NCBI GenBank assembly: GCA_050613775.1
Contig: JBODTK010000114.1
Location: 496,001 to 531,010, forward strand
Length of the DNA stretch: 35,010 bases
Direction of reading: 5' to 3'
DNA from: Neocallimastix sp. 'constans'
Taxonomy: Eukaryota
In this document: piece after piece, positions 12,178-26,404 of the stretch
Layout: the number at the start of each line of letters is the position of its first letter
How positions within the stretch are numbered: the first letter of the stretch is position 1
Program-made: the position numbers and the translations under genes
The notes under the pieces: generated by a model
The model's database searches: none
What the model saw: the letters and a program-made list of their open reading frames with translations, nothing else
Told to the model about the DNA's origin: nothing

Positions 12178-13732
12178 AGTTTTATCTTGAAGCTCAATCT
12201 CAACAAGATCATCAATTATATCAATATTTAATTAAATTAGCTGATCAAGTTAACATAGAAGAATGTGGATTTATGGTCGTTGATGCACCAAAAGAAGAAG
12301 AAGAAGAAGAAGAAGAATCAAGAAAAAGTAAAAGTAAAGGTAAAGGTAAAGAAGAAGAAAAAGAAAAAGAAAATAAATCAGGAATACCTGAAACCGTTAA
12401 AGCGGTGAAGTGTTTAATTCATAAAAAGAAATTTGAATGGTGGTCCAATAATGTATTTGAAATCCGACCAAAACTTACCACCACCACTACAACTACAACA
12501 GAAAATACTACAATCAATACTTCTATGGATACCCTAACAAATCATCAACAAGAAAAAGAAAAAGAAAACAAGGAAGAAAATAGGGAAGAAAATGATCATG
12601 ACAATGAAAAAGATCATGTTAATGACAATGACAATGCTAATGATAATGCTAATGACATTGACAATGCTAATAACAATGCTAATGACAATGGTAAAGACAA
12701 TAGTAACATTCCAACACCAGAAAAAAAGAAATTCAAAGATTATATTTATAAGGATGGAGAAACCGATACCGAACTTTTTGAATTTAAAGAAAAGATTTTC
12801 TTAACTGAACTTTTTGTTAATAAATTAGATGACTATTTAACTAAACAAGAAAAACAACCAAAATCTAAAAAGGTAAGCTACTTCTACTACTACTACTAAT
12901 AATAATACTAATAATAATAATAATACTAATAATAATATAAAACAAATGAAAAAAAATAAAAAAAAATAATAAAAAAAATAAAAAAAAATAATAATAATAA
13001 AAATAATAAAAATAATAAAATAATAATAATAATAAAAATAATATAAATAATAAAATAATAAAATAATAAAATAATAAAATAATACTAATAATAAAAAAAA
13101 AAAAAAAAAAAATTTAAAAAAATTTTAAAAAATTTAAAAAATAAATATATGAATAAATAAATAAATAAATAAATAAATAAAAATAGATTAATAAAATAAT
13201 TATTAATTGTTAATAATTCTAATTCTAATTCTAATAATTCTAATAATAATAATAATAAAATATATATATTATTTGATATATTTATATTTATATGTATTTT
13301 TATATATATTATATATACTTTTTATATATTTATGCATCTATATTTATGAATATCTATTCATCTATCCATCTATCTCTATCTCTATCTCTATCTTTCTATA
13401 TCTATCTATATTTATATCTATATAAAAAGGAGAATAATGAAATGCCAGATTGGTTAAGAGAAGCCATTCATCCCTCCTCCTCCTCAAAAAAGAAGAAAGA
13501 AAATGGTAATGGAGATAGCAGCAACAAAGTGATTGAATTAACAGAGGATCAACTCACCGCCACCACCACCACCGGTAAAGATAAGGGAAATGAAAATGAA
13601 AATGAAAATAAGACGACGACAACCGAAGCCTCCTCAGAAGCGACCAACCATGCTTCCGATAAAGTCACGGAACCAGAAATTACATTAGAATCGAATGCCA
13701 TGATATTTGATTTAGATGATATTGATTTTTAA
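8348..13732 (+). CDS. DNAAF2: Protein kintoun / dynein axonemal assembly factor 2 (KTU/PF13; PIH1 + CS domains). 9 exons: 8348-8383, 8655-8750, 8900-9248, 9777-9917, 10233-10783, 11105-11218, 11562-11948, 12180-12872, 13430-13732; 889 aa
   Basis: The spliced frame is open throughout. It contains Kintoun hallmarks EFKKLFFDYLDEISDPKNRQKYEEEIALLEKERG, KVFINICQS, WSIPYSL, VYDCIF, TAIEGVERQF, KCKGTP, PKYKIVHR, RPTSLLITIDLP, YKLNIKLPY...GTATFDRKNRKLVLNLPV and C-terminal SNAMIFDLD. Seven introns are GT-AG and one is AT-AC. Confidence 0.92.
10784..11104 (+). other. U12-type (minor spliceosome) AT-AC intron, DNAAF2 intron 5, 321 nt, phase 0
   Basis: It starts ATATCCTTT (U12 5' splice-site consensus), ends TTAC, contains CCTTAAC at 10943-10949 and has no AG dinucleotide. 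Its removal restores KDKYKLN|IKLPYEI, the conserved YxLxxxLPY segment of the CS domain. Confidence 0.85.
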
Positions 13733-13844
13733 GAGAGAGAAGGGAAAAAAAAATAAATAAAATAAATAAAATAAAAAAAATAAAAAAAATAAAAAAAAAA
13801 AAAAAAAGAAAAATAAAATAAAATAATTATACTACTACTACTAC

Positions 13845-13879
<35 letters not shown>

Positions 13880-14073
13880 GTAATCATGTCTATAAATAAT
13901 AGTAAACATTACCTATATTCCAAATAAAATAAATAATAATTAAAATTTGTGGAAAATCCAAAAATAATTTTAAAAATAATAATTATTAATAAACATAATA
14001 TAAAACTATTAAAAAAAAAAAAAAAAAAAAAAAAGTTTTTGCCAAATATTATGTATAAACAATTAATAATTGA

Positions 14074-14104
<31 letters not shown>

Positions 14105-14588
14105 TAAAAATAAGTAAAAAAAAAAAAAAAAAAAAAAGGAAAAGAAAAAGAAAAAGAAAAAAGAAAAAAGAAAAAAGGAAAAGAAAAGTAATATTATGCC
14201 GATGTTTATGTTTCACTTCCAGAAATCTTTTTTCATTTTTTATTTTATTTTTATATTTTTTTTTCATTTTTTTTTTTTTTTTTTTAATTTTTTATTAAAA
14301 ATTTTATGAATTTTTTTTTTTTCGTTTTATTTTATTTTATTTTATTTTATTTTTTTAATAAAAAAAAAATAAAAAGAATAATGTATATATCATATGAATA
14401 TCATATTTTATATATATATATATATATATAATTTTATATTATTTTATTAACAAAAATTGACTAATTGATGAATTGATGAATAATAATTATTAATCTCAAA
14501 AATTTTAATCATAATTAACAATTTATATATATATATATAAAAATAAATATATATATATATATATTTTCCTATTTTTTTTTAATTCCTT

Positions 14589-14627
<39 letters not shown>

Positions 14628-15301
14628 ATTTCTACCCTTTTTGAAGAAATAAAAAAAAAAAAAAAAAAATGAATATATTTATATTTATATTTATATTTAT
14701 ATTTATTTATATTTATTTATATTTATATTAATAAGAAGGTTTAGGTTACACGAGGAAAAAAAAAATTTTTTTTTTTTTGTTTAATTTGTACTTTAAAAAG
14801 TAAAAATGACAGCGGACAAAACGGTAAATAAATAAAAAAAAAAAAAAATAAAATAAAATAAAATAAGGATGATATATAAATGAAATAATATAAAATGAAT
14901 ATTATAAATAAAAAAAAAAAAAAACAATAAATAATAAATAAGTAATAAATAAAAATAATTAAATAATTAAATAATAAATAATAAATAATAAAAACAAAAA
15001 AATTAAAATATATTTATATATATTTATTTATTTATTTATAAAAGAGAGAGATGGGAGAGAGAAAATAAAATAAAAAAAAAAAAAACTTTTTCTATTATTC
15101 AATTATTTATTTATTATTTATTTATTTATTCAATTATTTATTCAATTATTTATTTATTTATTTAGAATATTCATTTTATTCCTGTGGGATAATGAATTAA
15201 ATTTCAATTTATTTATTTTTATTTTATTTTTTTTTTTTAAAAAAAAAGGTTGGTGAATTGATTTGTTGTTGATGGGTCAATAAGAAAATTATTTAATAAC
15301 T

Positions 15302-15337
<36 letters not shown>

Positions 15338-16485
15338 AAAAATACAAAAAAAAAAAATTTTTTTTTTATTTTTTTTTTTACCACTTGTCGCCCATCCACC
15401 GCATTCTCTAACAACTATGACATTCCAAATTAACGAAATAATAATATAAATAATTAAATGAATAAATAGATAAATAAATAGTAATATAAATAATAAATAA
15501 ATTAAGAAATAAAATGAATAAATAAGCGGTAATACAAATAATAAATAAATTAAAAAAAAAAAAAAAATAATAATAAAATAAAATAAAATAAAAAAATGAA
15601 ATAATGAAATATAAAAAAAAATATTGATAGATAGAGAGATAGTGAGATAGTCAAGAGTCGACAGTCCATCAAATGGTCTGATGGTCCTTTTTATGACCAA
15701 CGAAAAAATTTCACATTAATGATACATACATGCATACATAAAATGCAAAAAATTGTATTCACAATGGGCTTTTTTTTTTTTTTTTTAAAAAAAAAAATAA
15801 AATAATAATAAAAATATTTAAACAAATTAATTATCATTTATTATTTTTTTATTATTCATTCATTTAACATTTAACACACAAATTCACCATTTTGAATGTA
15901 TATAGGATTATTATTATTATTATTATTATTATTTTTATTTTTTATTTTTTTTTTTTACTTTAATTAAAATTTAATTCGTTTTAAGTGAAATCTACTCACT
16001 CATATAATAAAATAAAATAAATAAAATAAAATAAAATAAGAAAAATGAAAAATGAAAATAAAAAAAAAAAAAAAAAAAACTATTTTTATAAAACACTTTT
16101 TCCTTTTTTTTTTTTTTCTCTTAAATCTAGTCTAAGAAGAAAATAAATAAATAAATAAATAAATAGACAAATAGATAAATAGGTTTTTATCCCTAATCAA
16201 TTTAATTAATAATGAATATAAAAAAAAAAATTTTTTTTTTTTTTATTAAATAAAATACTTTTTTTAATATTTCTGTAATTTATTTAACAAAGTGTGGTGG
16301 TGACTACCTTAATATTCCCATGTCTTGAGGGGGGCATAAGGCGGTACACACCGGAAATAAAAAAAAATATATATATTTAGAAAATGTTTAAAATATTTAA
16401 ATATAAAAAATATAAAAAATATATAAATGATTAAAAAAAAAAAAAAAATAAAAAAAAATAAAAAATAAAAAAAAAAAGATGATAA

Positions 16486-16519
<34 letters not shown>

Positions 16520-16732
16520 TGATAAAATTATATTAAATATATATTATATTATATTAAATTGTATTAAATAGGATATATTTATATAGATATTTAATAAATA
16601 AATAAATAAATAAATAAATAAAAGGGACCGTCCGTTACTTAAAAAAAAAAAAAAAAAAAAAAATTGAAATAAAAAAAGTTCAGGTGTTACAAAAGAGTTT
16701 CATTCATAACAATATAAATAAGAATCATTAAA

Positions 16733-16935
16733 ATATAGAAATATAGAAATATAAAAATATAGAAATATTGAAATATAGAAATATAGAAATATAGAAATAT
16801 AGAAATATAAAAATATAGAAATATAAAAATATAGAAATATAGAAATATATATTATATAAAAATATAGAAATATAAAAATATAGAAATATAGAAATATAGA
16901 AATATAGAAATATATATTATATAAAAATATAGAAA
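16733..16935. repeat. (ATATAGAA/ATATAAAA)n 8-bp tandem repeat
   Basis: Repeated atatagaa units with ataaaa variants. Confidence 0.9.
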
Positions 16936-17075
16936 TAAAAAATATAAAAAAACAAAAATAAAATATAAAAGCTTATTCATTTTTAAATTAATTCACCTCC
17001 AATATCTATAGTACTTTTGTAACTTTTAAATACGGTAAAATATGTAAAATAACAGAGAATAGAATATCACACTCT

Positions 17076-17106
<31 letters not shown>

Positions 17107-17995
17107 TGATTAGTATAATTTTAATAAACTGATCTCATTACTTTGAATTCTTGTTGTAATAATAATAAAAACAATAAATAAATAAATAAAAAAAGAATGA
17201 ATAATAATAATTAATAATAACTAATTATGATGACGATCATCATTAAATATAATAAGAAGAATCCATCAAAAGTATATACATTATAATTCTTATTATTAAC
17301 TATTTTATTTTTATTTTTATTTTTATTTTATATATATTTTTTATTAAACATTTTTTTAGTTTTATTTTATTTTTATTTTTATTTTATCTTATTTTTTAGT
17401 TATGATATTAAAGTCTTTTTTTTCTTATATTATAAGAAATTATATAATAAAAAATTAGGGTTAATTTAATATTTAAATAAGAAATATCAAACAAGCACAA
17501 ATTTTCTATTTTCTATTTTACTTTATTTTTTTTTTTTTTTTTTTTTATTTATTTAAATAATATAAAAATAAATATATATATTTATATATTAATTTTTATA
17601 TTAAATAAACTTTTAAAAAGGAAGAAACTTTTTTTTTTTTTTTATTCAAATGTCAAAATCAATTTATAATAATAAAAGTTAAAAAATTAAAAAAAAAATG
17701 AAATGTGGAAAAAAAAAATATGAAAATAAATTAAAAAGTTTCTAATTTTTTTAAAGTTTTAAGAAAAAAAAAATAATAATAAAATAAAATAATAATAAAA
17801 TAAACTTAGATTGGATTAGAATTAATTGGCAAGATGAAGAAATGAAAGAAATGAAAGAGATAATCCTAAACCGAAAGATGTATTCAACGTTCTGATGATT
17901 CAATAATCATTAACGTTGTTTCAATTTTATTATTATTATTATTATTTATACTTTTAAAAAATTAAAGTTTTAAATATTTTAAACTATTAAAATAA

Positions 17996-17998
<3 letters not shown>

Positions 17999-18068
<70 letters not shown>
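17999..18068. repeat. (TTA)n trinucleotide microsatellite
   Basis: Perfect TTA run. Confidence 0.95.
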
Positions 18069-18582
18069 TTAATTATTTTAATTATTATTAACTATTAATT
18101 ATTAATTATTAATTAATTATTAATTATATTAATTTTTATTTTATTTTATTTTATTTTTTTTTATAAATTTTAAAAATACTAAATCAGAATATTATAAATT
18201 GGCTCTGATTAGGCTATGACCGTTCTGAAACCAAAATTTATTATTATTATAAATAACTATTTAAGTAATTAAATAATTCTATTAATAAATAAATAATAAA
18301 TAATAAATAAATAATTCTATTAATAGTAATTAAATAAATAAATAAATAATGATTAAATAATTCTATTAATAATAATTAAATAATAATAATAAATAAATAA
18401 TACTATTAATAATAAATTAATAAATAAATAAATAAATAGTTTTTGATGACAATGTGTAATTATTAATTTTGACCAGTCGAATAAAATTTTATCATAATAA
18501 AAATAAATTGAATACATATAAACTTTTTATATGAATTAGTTTTTTTTTTTTTTTTACTATATAATATATAATATCTATATAT

Positions 18583-18772
18583 ATATATTTATATATTTAT
18601 ATATTTATATCATTTTAATATATATTTATATATTTAATATTTATATATTTATATATTTATATATTTATATACTTATATATTTATATATTTAATATTTATA
18701 TATTTATATATTTAATATTTATATATTTATATATTTATATATTTATATATTTATATATTTATATATTTATAT
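18583..18772. repeat. (ATATTTAT)n 8-bp tandem repeat
   Basis: Repeated atatttat units. Confidence 0.85.
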
Positions 18773-19024
18773 CATTTTAAAAATCTTGATGACTTTTATT
18801 ATCTCAATTTTTTTTTCTTTTATAATTATTTATTATCTTTTTGTTTTTTTTTTATAAAGTTGAATATATATAAAATTTATATAGATAATAAAATAAAATT
18901 TATCAATTAATATCATATCTCTATATTTAATTATTGACATCTATAATATCTATAATATATATATATATTTTTTTTTTATTATGAAAGTATGATACAAACT
19001 TTTTTTAATTATTTATTTCATTTA

Positions 19025-19258
19025 ATGATATTGTTTTAATTATTATTTATGATTTAATTATTTAATTATATGATATTGTTTTAATTATTATTTTATGATT
19101 TAATTATTTAATTATATGATATTATTTATCATTTAATTATTATTTATGATTTAATTATATGATATTGTTTTAATTATTATTAATTATTTATGATTTAATT
19201 ATATGATATTGTTTTAATTATTATTTATGATATAATCATTTAATTATTTATCATTTAA
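19025..19258. repeat. Degenerate tandem repeat with ATGATATTGTTTTAATTATT and ATGATTTAATTAT units
   Basis: atgatattgttttaattatt recurs four times, interleaved with atgatttaattat. Confidence 0.8.
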
Positions 19259-19409
19259 TTACTTCAATACTATTAAGAGTGAACGAATAAAAAACAAGTA
19301 AAATGAATGAATGAATATTAATAATAATGATAAACTTGGGATGATTTAATACTTTTTTTTTTTTTTGACAGACTACTAAAGTCATAGAAGATTTCTTTTC
19401 TTATTATCT

Positions 19410-19441
<32 letters not shown>

Positions 19442-20351
19442 ATAGAAAGTTTATTATGAAACAAATGATTTTATAATGTCTATTTAAATTTTATTTTATT
19501 ATTATTATTATTTTTTATTTTAATTATTATTTTTTATTTTAATTATTATTTTTTATTTTAATTATTATTTTTTATTTTTAGGTAAATAATTAATAAATAA
19601 CCTATAAATTGTTGTTTAAATCTCAATGACTAATATTTAGATACATAAAAAAAAAAATAAAAAAAAAAGTTTCTAACAAATAGAATAAATGTTTTAAATA
19701 AGAAAAGATTAAATTTAAAATAAATAATTAATTAATTAATAACTAATTATGCCATTAATTAATTATTTATTTATTTATTTATTTATTTTATAAAGATAAA
19801 AAAAAAAAGTGTGACCATTAAATTATTCTTTTTATCAAAAACTTTTAACAAGTAAACAAAGTATAAAAACTATAATAAAACATTTCTTTATATATTTTTC
19901 ACTATTTTTTAACGTTTTAAAAAAAATCTTATTAATAATTAATAATTATTATTTATTATTTATTATTTATTATTTATTATTTATTATTTATTATTTATTT
20001 TATTTTTTTAAATTTTATCTTTTTTTTTTTTTTTTTTTATTTATTTTTTTGTTTTGTTTTGTTTTCTTTCTTTATCTTTTTCTTCTATATATTTATATTG
20101 ATTTATATTTATTTAATTATTTTATAAAATTCTACTAATTTATTTGTACCAAACCTTATTATTAATGAAACAAAAAAAAGATTTTGGTAGCCATAAAAAG
20201 AATAAAAATAAGAAAAAGAAGAATAAGAATAAGAATAAAATTTTTAAGTGTTTTATCATTAAATAATGAAATTTTTATTTTTTGTATTTTGTATTTTGTA
20301 TTCTATTTCTATTTCTATTTCTATTTTATTCTTATCATTTGTATTTAAAAT

Positions 20352-20770
20352 CTTATTTATTATTTATTATTTAATTATTTATTATTTAATTATTATTTAA
20401 TAAATACTCTTTATTATTTATTATTTATTATTTATTATTTATTATATATTAATAAATACTCTTTTTGCTATTTATTATTTAATTATTTATTAATAAATAC
20501 TCTTTTTATTATTTATTATTTATTATTTATTATTTATTATTTATTATTCAATTATTTATTATTTATTATTTATTATTTAATATTTATTATTCAATTATTT
20601 ATTATTTATTATTTATTATTTATTATTTATTATTTATTATTTATTATTTATTATTTATTATTTATTATTTATTATTTATTATTTATTATTTATTATTTAT
20701 TATTTATTATTTATTATTTATTAATAAATACTCTTTTTAATTATTTATTATTTATTATTTATTATTTATT
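20352..20770. repeat. (TTATTTA)n heptamer array punctuated by TAATAAATACTCT
   Basis: Long 7-mer array with four taataaatactct interruptions. Confidence 0.9.
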
Positions 20771-21804
20771 TTTAAATACATTTTCATATAGTAAATAAAT
20801 AAATGATTAAGATAATTCTTATAAAGATGATTTTTTATTTGTTTTTAATATTATCCCTCACTCTTGTATTTATTTCCCATAAAGGGATATAAAATATTTT
20901 TTTTAAATTTTCATATAAATTAAAGTTTTATAATTTCTAAAGAAAGAAAGAAAGAAAGAAAAAAAAAACAATTTAAAATAATAAAAATAAAAATAAAATT
21001 AAAATTAAAAATAAAATTAAATAATTAAATAATTAAATTATTATTAATATTACTTAAATAGAAATTGTTTGTATTTTTAAATTTTATATATATTTTTTTT
21101 TTTTTCGTTTTCCTTTATTAATAATAAATAATTGAATAATTAAATAATAAAATAATAATTAATTAATAAAATAATAATTAAATAATAAAATAATTAAATA
21201 ATAATTAAATAATAATTAAATAATTAAATAATAATTTAATTAATTAAAGACATATAATAAAAAATATTATTTTCTTATTTAATTATTTTTCTTAGGTTTA
21301 TTATAAAATAAAATAATAATAAAAAATAATAAAATAATTAAATAATAAAATAATAAAAATAAAGATATACTATTACCAGTAAAAAAAATTTTATTATAAA
21401 TAAAATAAAGACTTTAATTAATAATAATTAATAACGACTCCTATGAATCATTCTTCATAATATCAATAATGAATAGACTTATTTTTAAACCTTTTTTGTT
21501 TTTTTTATTTATTTATTTCTTTTTATTTCTCACTTTTTTTTTTTTTTAATACAATATAAAGAAAAGGAAGAAAAAAAAAAAGCCATTTAAGAAAATATTT
21601 AATAAAACTTTTATTTTTTATTTTTTATTTTTTTTTATTAATTTTTAACTTTAAATTTTTAATTTTATTTTATATATAATTTATTATATATATTTTTGTT
21701 GTTGTCTGTTGTTGTGATTATTAACTTTTGTACTTTTCTTTTCATTTATTTATTTATTTTTATAAAATAAATAAAAAAAATAATAATAAAAGAAAATAAT
21801 GATG

Positions 21805-21852
<48 letters not shown>

Positions 21853-22212
21853 ATTAAATAATTAATAATTAATAATTAATAAAATTAATAATAATAATTA
21901 ATAATAATTAATAAAAAAGTATTAATTTTTTTTATTAGTATTTAATTAAAACATTTATATATAATATATATATATATATTTATTTTTTTTTTCTTTTCTA
22001 TGAGAAATAAATATTTAGAGATGGGCACAATTTATATATATTTTTATTATTTTTATATTTTATTTATTTTTATTTTTTTTTTATTTTATTTTTCTAAAGA
22101 ATTATAAACAAATAAAACATTGCTAATGAGATTTAAAAGAAAAAGAAAAAAATAAAAGTTTATATATAAATATTAAGAAATAAATAGATACAAAATATTA
22201 AAAATATATAAT

Positions 22213-22245
<33 letters not shown>

Positions 22246-24862
22246 GGAAATTGGAAAACTTTTAACTATTAATTATTATAAAGAATAAGTAGAAAAAAAA
22301 AAATAAAAAATAAAAATAAATAAAATAAGAATTAGATGGCAATATTTTTTTTTTTTTGGTTATATTAATAAATAATATTTATTTATCAAATTAGTATATT
22401 GAATATTGAATTTGTAATAATGGCAATTTATGTAATAAAAAAAAAAATATTAATCACTATCACTTGTATCATGGATTAAATTTGTAATAATTAATTATAA
22501 AAAATAATTTAATATTCATTAATTTATAATTTATACAAAATATTATAAAAACTTAAATGACTAATAAAATAAATTTACATATAATCACGTGCTATAAAGA
22601 ATTTTTAACGATGAACATAACGTGACAAAATAAATTTATGTCACTCTATAAATTCAATTAAAGAAAAAGGAACATTAAAATTTAAATATGAAAAAGTTTT
22701 TTTTTTAATGTGTTGATATATAATTTTTATTTTCTCTTTCTATAAAAATTTTTATTAATAAATTTGTAATGCTAATAATTAAATTTATTTTAAATAATTT
22801 TATATTAGACATTAAAATAATAATAAATAATAAATAAAATAATAATAAACATTAAATAAAGTAATAAATAATAAATAAATGAATAAAAAAAAAAAAGTAA
22901 ATTATTACCTATTATTTAATAAAGCTATTCATATTATATAAAAAAGACTATCTTCACTAAATCTGAGGAAAAAAAATATTTTATTTAGTAAAAAATGAGT
23001 TAATAATTAATAATTATTTAAATAGGATGAATATTATTTCTTTATTAATACTATGGGAAATATAATATAAAATAATAATAATAATAATGATAATAATAAT
23101 AAAAAAATTTTTATTTAAGATATAATATAAAATAATAATAATAAACTAATAAAATTTTTTTTCATAATTATGTTTTATTTATCAATTTTTTTTTATTCCG
23201 AATTTTTTTTAAAATAATGTATATGACCGTATGTTGAAATCAATTATTATATTTTATTATATTAATAGAATCTAATGATTAATTTGTAAATATATTAATA
23301 AAAAATAAAATTATCTGCTGAAATACATATAAAAATATTTATATATAATTATATTTATAGAAAGCATATTTATTTTATTTTATTTTATTTTATTTTATTT
23401 TATTTATTATAATTATATATTCTTTTTTTTTTTTTTTTTTTTTTGAAAAGTATAGCAATCTATAATTTTATTGGATAAGTTTAACGTATTTTTTAATTTA
23501 AATCAATTTCAAATATTTTTTATTATAAAAATATATTGGCTAAAATATTTTATTTAAAGAATAAATAATAAATAATTGAATAATAAATAATTAAAAAAAG
23601 AGTTAATTGATGAATGAATAATCAATAATCAATAATAAAATAGATAATAAGATAAAAAGATTAGTAAATAAAGTTTTATTTGTAAAATAAATTCCTTTTC
23701 AAATTTCAATTTCAATAGGAATTGATCTGATTTTTTAAAAAAGAAATTTAAAATAATAATAAAATAATAAAATTAAAATAATAAAAAATAAAATTAAAAT
23801 AAAATTAAAATAAAATAAAACTTTAATATTTATTAAAAAAAAAAATTAATTTTTAATAAATATAAATTTTTAAATAAAAAAGTTTATTTTTTTCTAAATA
23901 GAAAAAAAAAAAAAAAAGAAAAGGAACAAAAAGACTATCCAAAAAAAATCAAAAAAAAAAAAAAAAAGAAAATTTTGTTTCATAAAGTTTTATCTATTAA
24001 TTTAAATTTAATTAAATGTTAATAAACCATCTTTTATTTATTTACTTAATATTTATTTAATATTTATTTATTAATATTACTTGAAAAATAAAAAATAAAA
24101 ATAAAAAAATAAACTTTTTTATTCGTAGTTATATAAAATATAGATTAATATGAACTATTTAATATTATATATTATATATAATACAATATCATTATTATCA
24201 TTATTATTATTTTTTTTTGAATGAAATAAGAAAGTGTTAAATTAGTGTTAAATTAGTGTTAAAATAGTTTAATTGTGTAATTTAATAGCTTTTTCTTTTT
24301 CTTTTCTTTTTTCGGGTTTCAAGTTTCTTAATCTCACATTCATCATCATAATATTCTTTTTTTTTTTTTTCTTTTTTTTTTTTTTAGGTTGAATCAAAAA
24401 AAGGAAACCTAAAATTGCCGTTTAGAATATTAAAAAAAAGAAATTTAAAAAAATAAAATAAAAAAATTTTTTTAGAAAAAGAAAATAAATTAATAAAATT
24501 AATAAAAATAAAAATAAAAAAAAAATATTGAATTCCATAAATTTATAATCTTTATAGCATTTTATTTAAAAAAAAATAAAAAAAAAAAAGAATATATATA
24601 TAAATTGAAAGAATAAATATAAATATAAATAGATATAAATATAATTCTATCTTTTTTTAAAAAATAATTTTTTTATTCTTTGGTTTTCTATTTATTTATT
24701 TATTTAATAAATACTGTTTAATTCATTTATATATTTATTTAAAATAATAATTATTCATTTATTTAAAAAAAAATGCAATAAAATATAATTATTCTATGAA
24801 TTCAATTTTTATTTATTATACTTCAAAAGTATTATTTAATGCATTTAAAATTTGTTGAAAAT

Positions 24863-24893
<31 letters not shown>

Positions 24894-25441
24894 CTTAGTA
24901 TTTATTTATATTATTTATATAGTATTTATATATTTATATATATATCTTATTAACTTTCATATATAATAATATATTCATATATAATAGTTAATTGTATATA
25001 TTGTATTATATTTATGTATATGCAATACATTAATACTAATTTATTTTTATAATTCATATACATATACAGAGTCATTAACCAACAATGTATTGGAAAACAA
25101 TAATATATAAATTAATAAATTTAAATCAATAAAATTAAATTAATAAATATATATTAATAAACATATATTAATTAATATAAATAAATAAATAAATTAATAT
25201 AAGTTATTATAAATTTAAACGGCAACCAATTTCTTTAAAAAAAAAAAAAAAATTTTTATTTATATATTTTTTATTTATATTTATTTATTAATTTATTTTA
25301 TTATTATTATTATTATTATTATTGTTTATTATTATTATTCCTTTTTATTTATTAATTTTAATTTTATATATATATATATTTTTTATTTTATTTTTAATTT
25401 TATATAAATGAAATATGAAATGACATGTAATGTAAAAATTG

Positions 25442-25473
<32 letters not shown>

Positions 25474-26362
25474 TTAAAACAAAACCATTAATTAAATTAA
25501 TGAAAAAATTAATATATAAACAATGATTAGAGTATTGAACTAAAAGAAGGGGGGACTTTTTATTATTTATTATTATTATTATAATCTATTATTATTATTT
25601 TTTTAATTTACGGAAAAAAGGGAAATTAAAATATAATATATATAAATAATAAACAAGAAATAAAAAAAAAATTAAGAAACAATAGGAAAAAAAAAAAAAA
25701 GAAACAATAGGAAAAAAAAAATTAAGAAACAATAGGAAAAAAAAAAAAAAAAGAAATAAAAAATAATAATAAAAATAAAATAATAATAATAATATAAAAT
25801 AAGAAACAATAAAAAAAAAAAAAAAAAGCAATAATAATAATAATAAAAAGCAATAATAATAAATAAGAAACAATAAAAAAAAAAGGAATGGAAATGGAAT
25901 GGAATAAGTGAAAAAGAAAAATTAAATAAAAATAAAAATTATTATTTTATTAAAATTAATAAAATGGAATAGAATAAAATAGATTAAAATAGATAAAAAA
26001 ATAAAATAAATATAATTTTTTATTTTTCTTATTTATGATCATTGGTAATTTAAAAGTAAAAAAAAAAAAAAAAAAATTCTTTTTATAAAGAATAAACTTT
26101 ATTGCTCACAATTAACTACAATAATATTATAACAATTAAAATAATTTAAAATAATTTAAAATAATAATTACATTTTTTTTTGTTTAACAAGACTTAATAT
26201 GGAAAAGCCTTCCCTATACGTCGCAACGAATAATTATGTATATTGTATGTATAATATTGGTGTAACTACAACTTAAACGATTGAACTTGTGCCTACCATT
26301 GATATTGGTTTCCTTCAATAGTTAACTAAAAGTATTGATAATAAATAGATCAATATTAAAAT

Positions 26363-26404
<42 letters not shown>

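Noticed and set aside
14806..15192. Possible micro-gene ATG ACA GCG GAC AAA ACG|GTAAAT spliced to the TTAG at about 15165
   Set aside because: The product would be only about 14 aa and no further exons are visible. Unsupported without transcripts.
17892..17918. Hammerhead ribozyme core (CTGATGA)
   Set aside because: No stem II followed by GAAA and no stem I/III arrangement.
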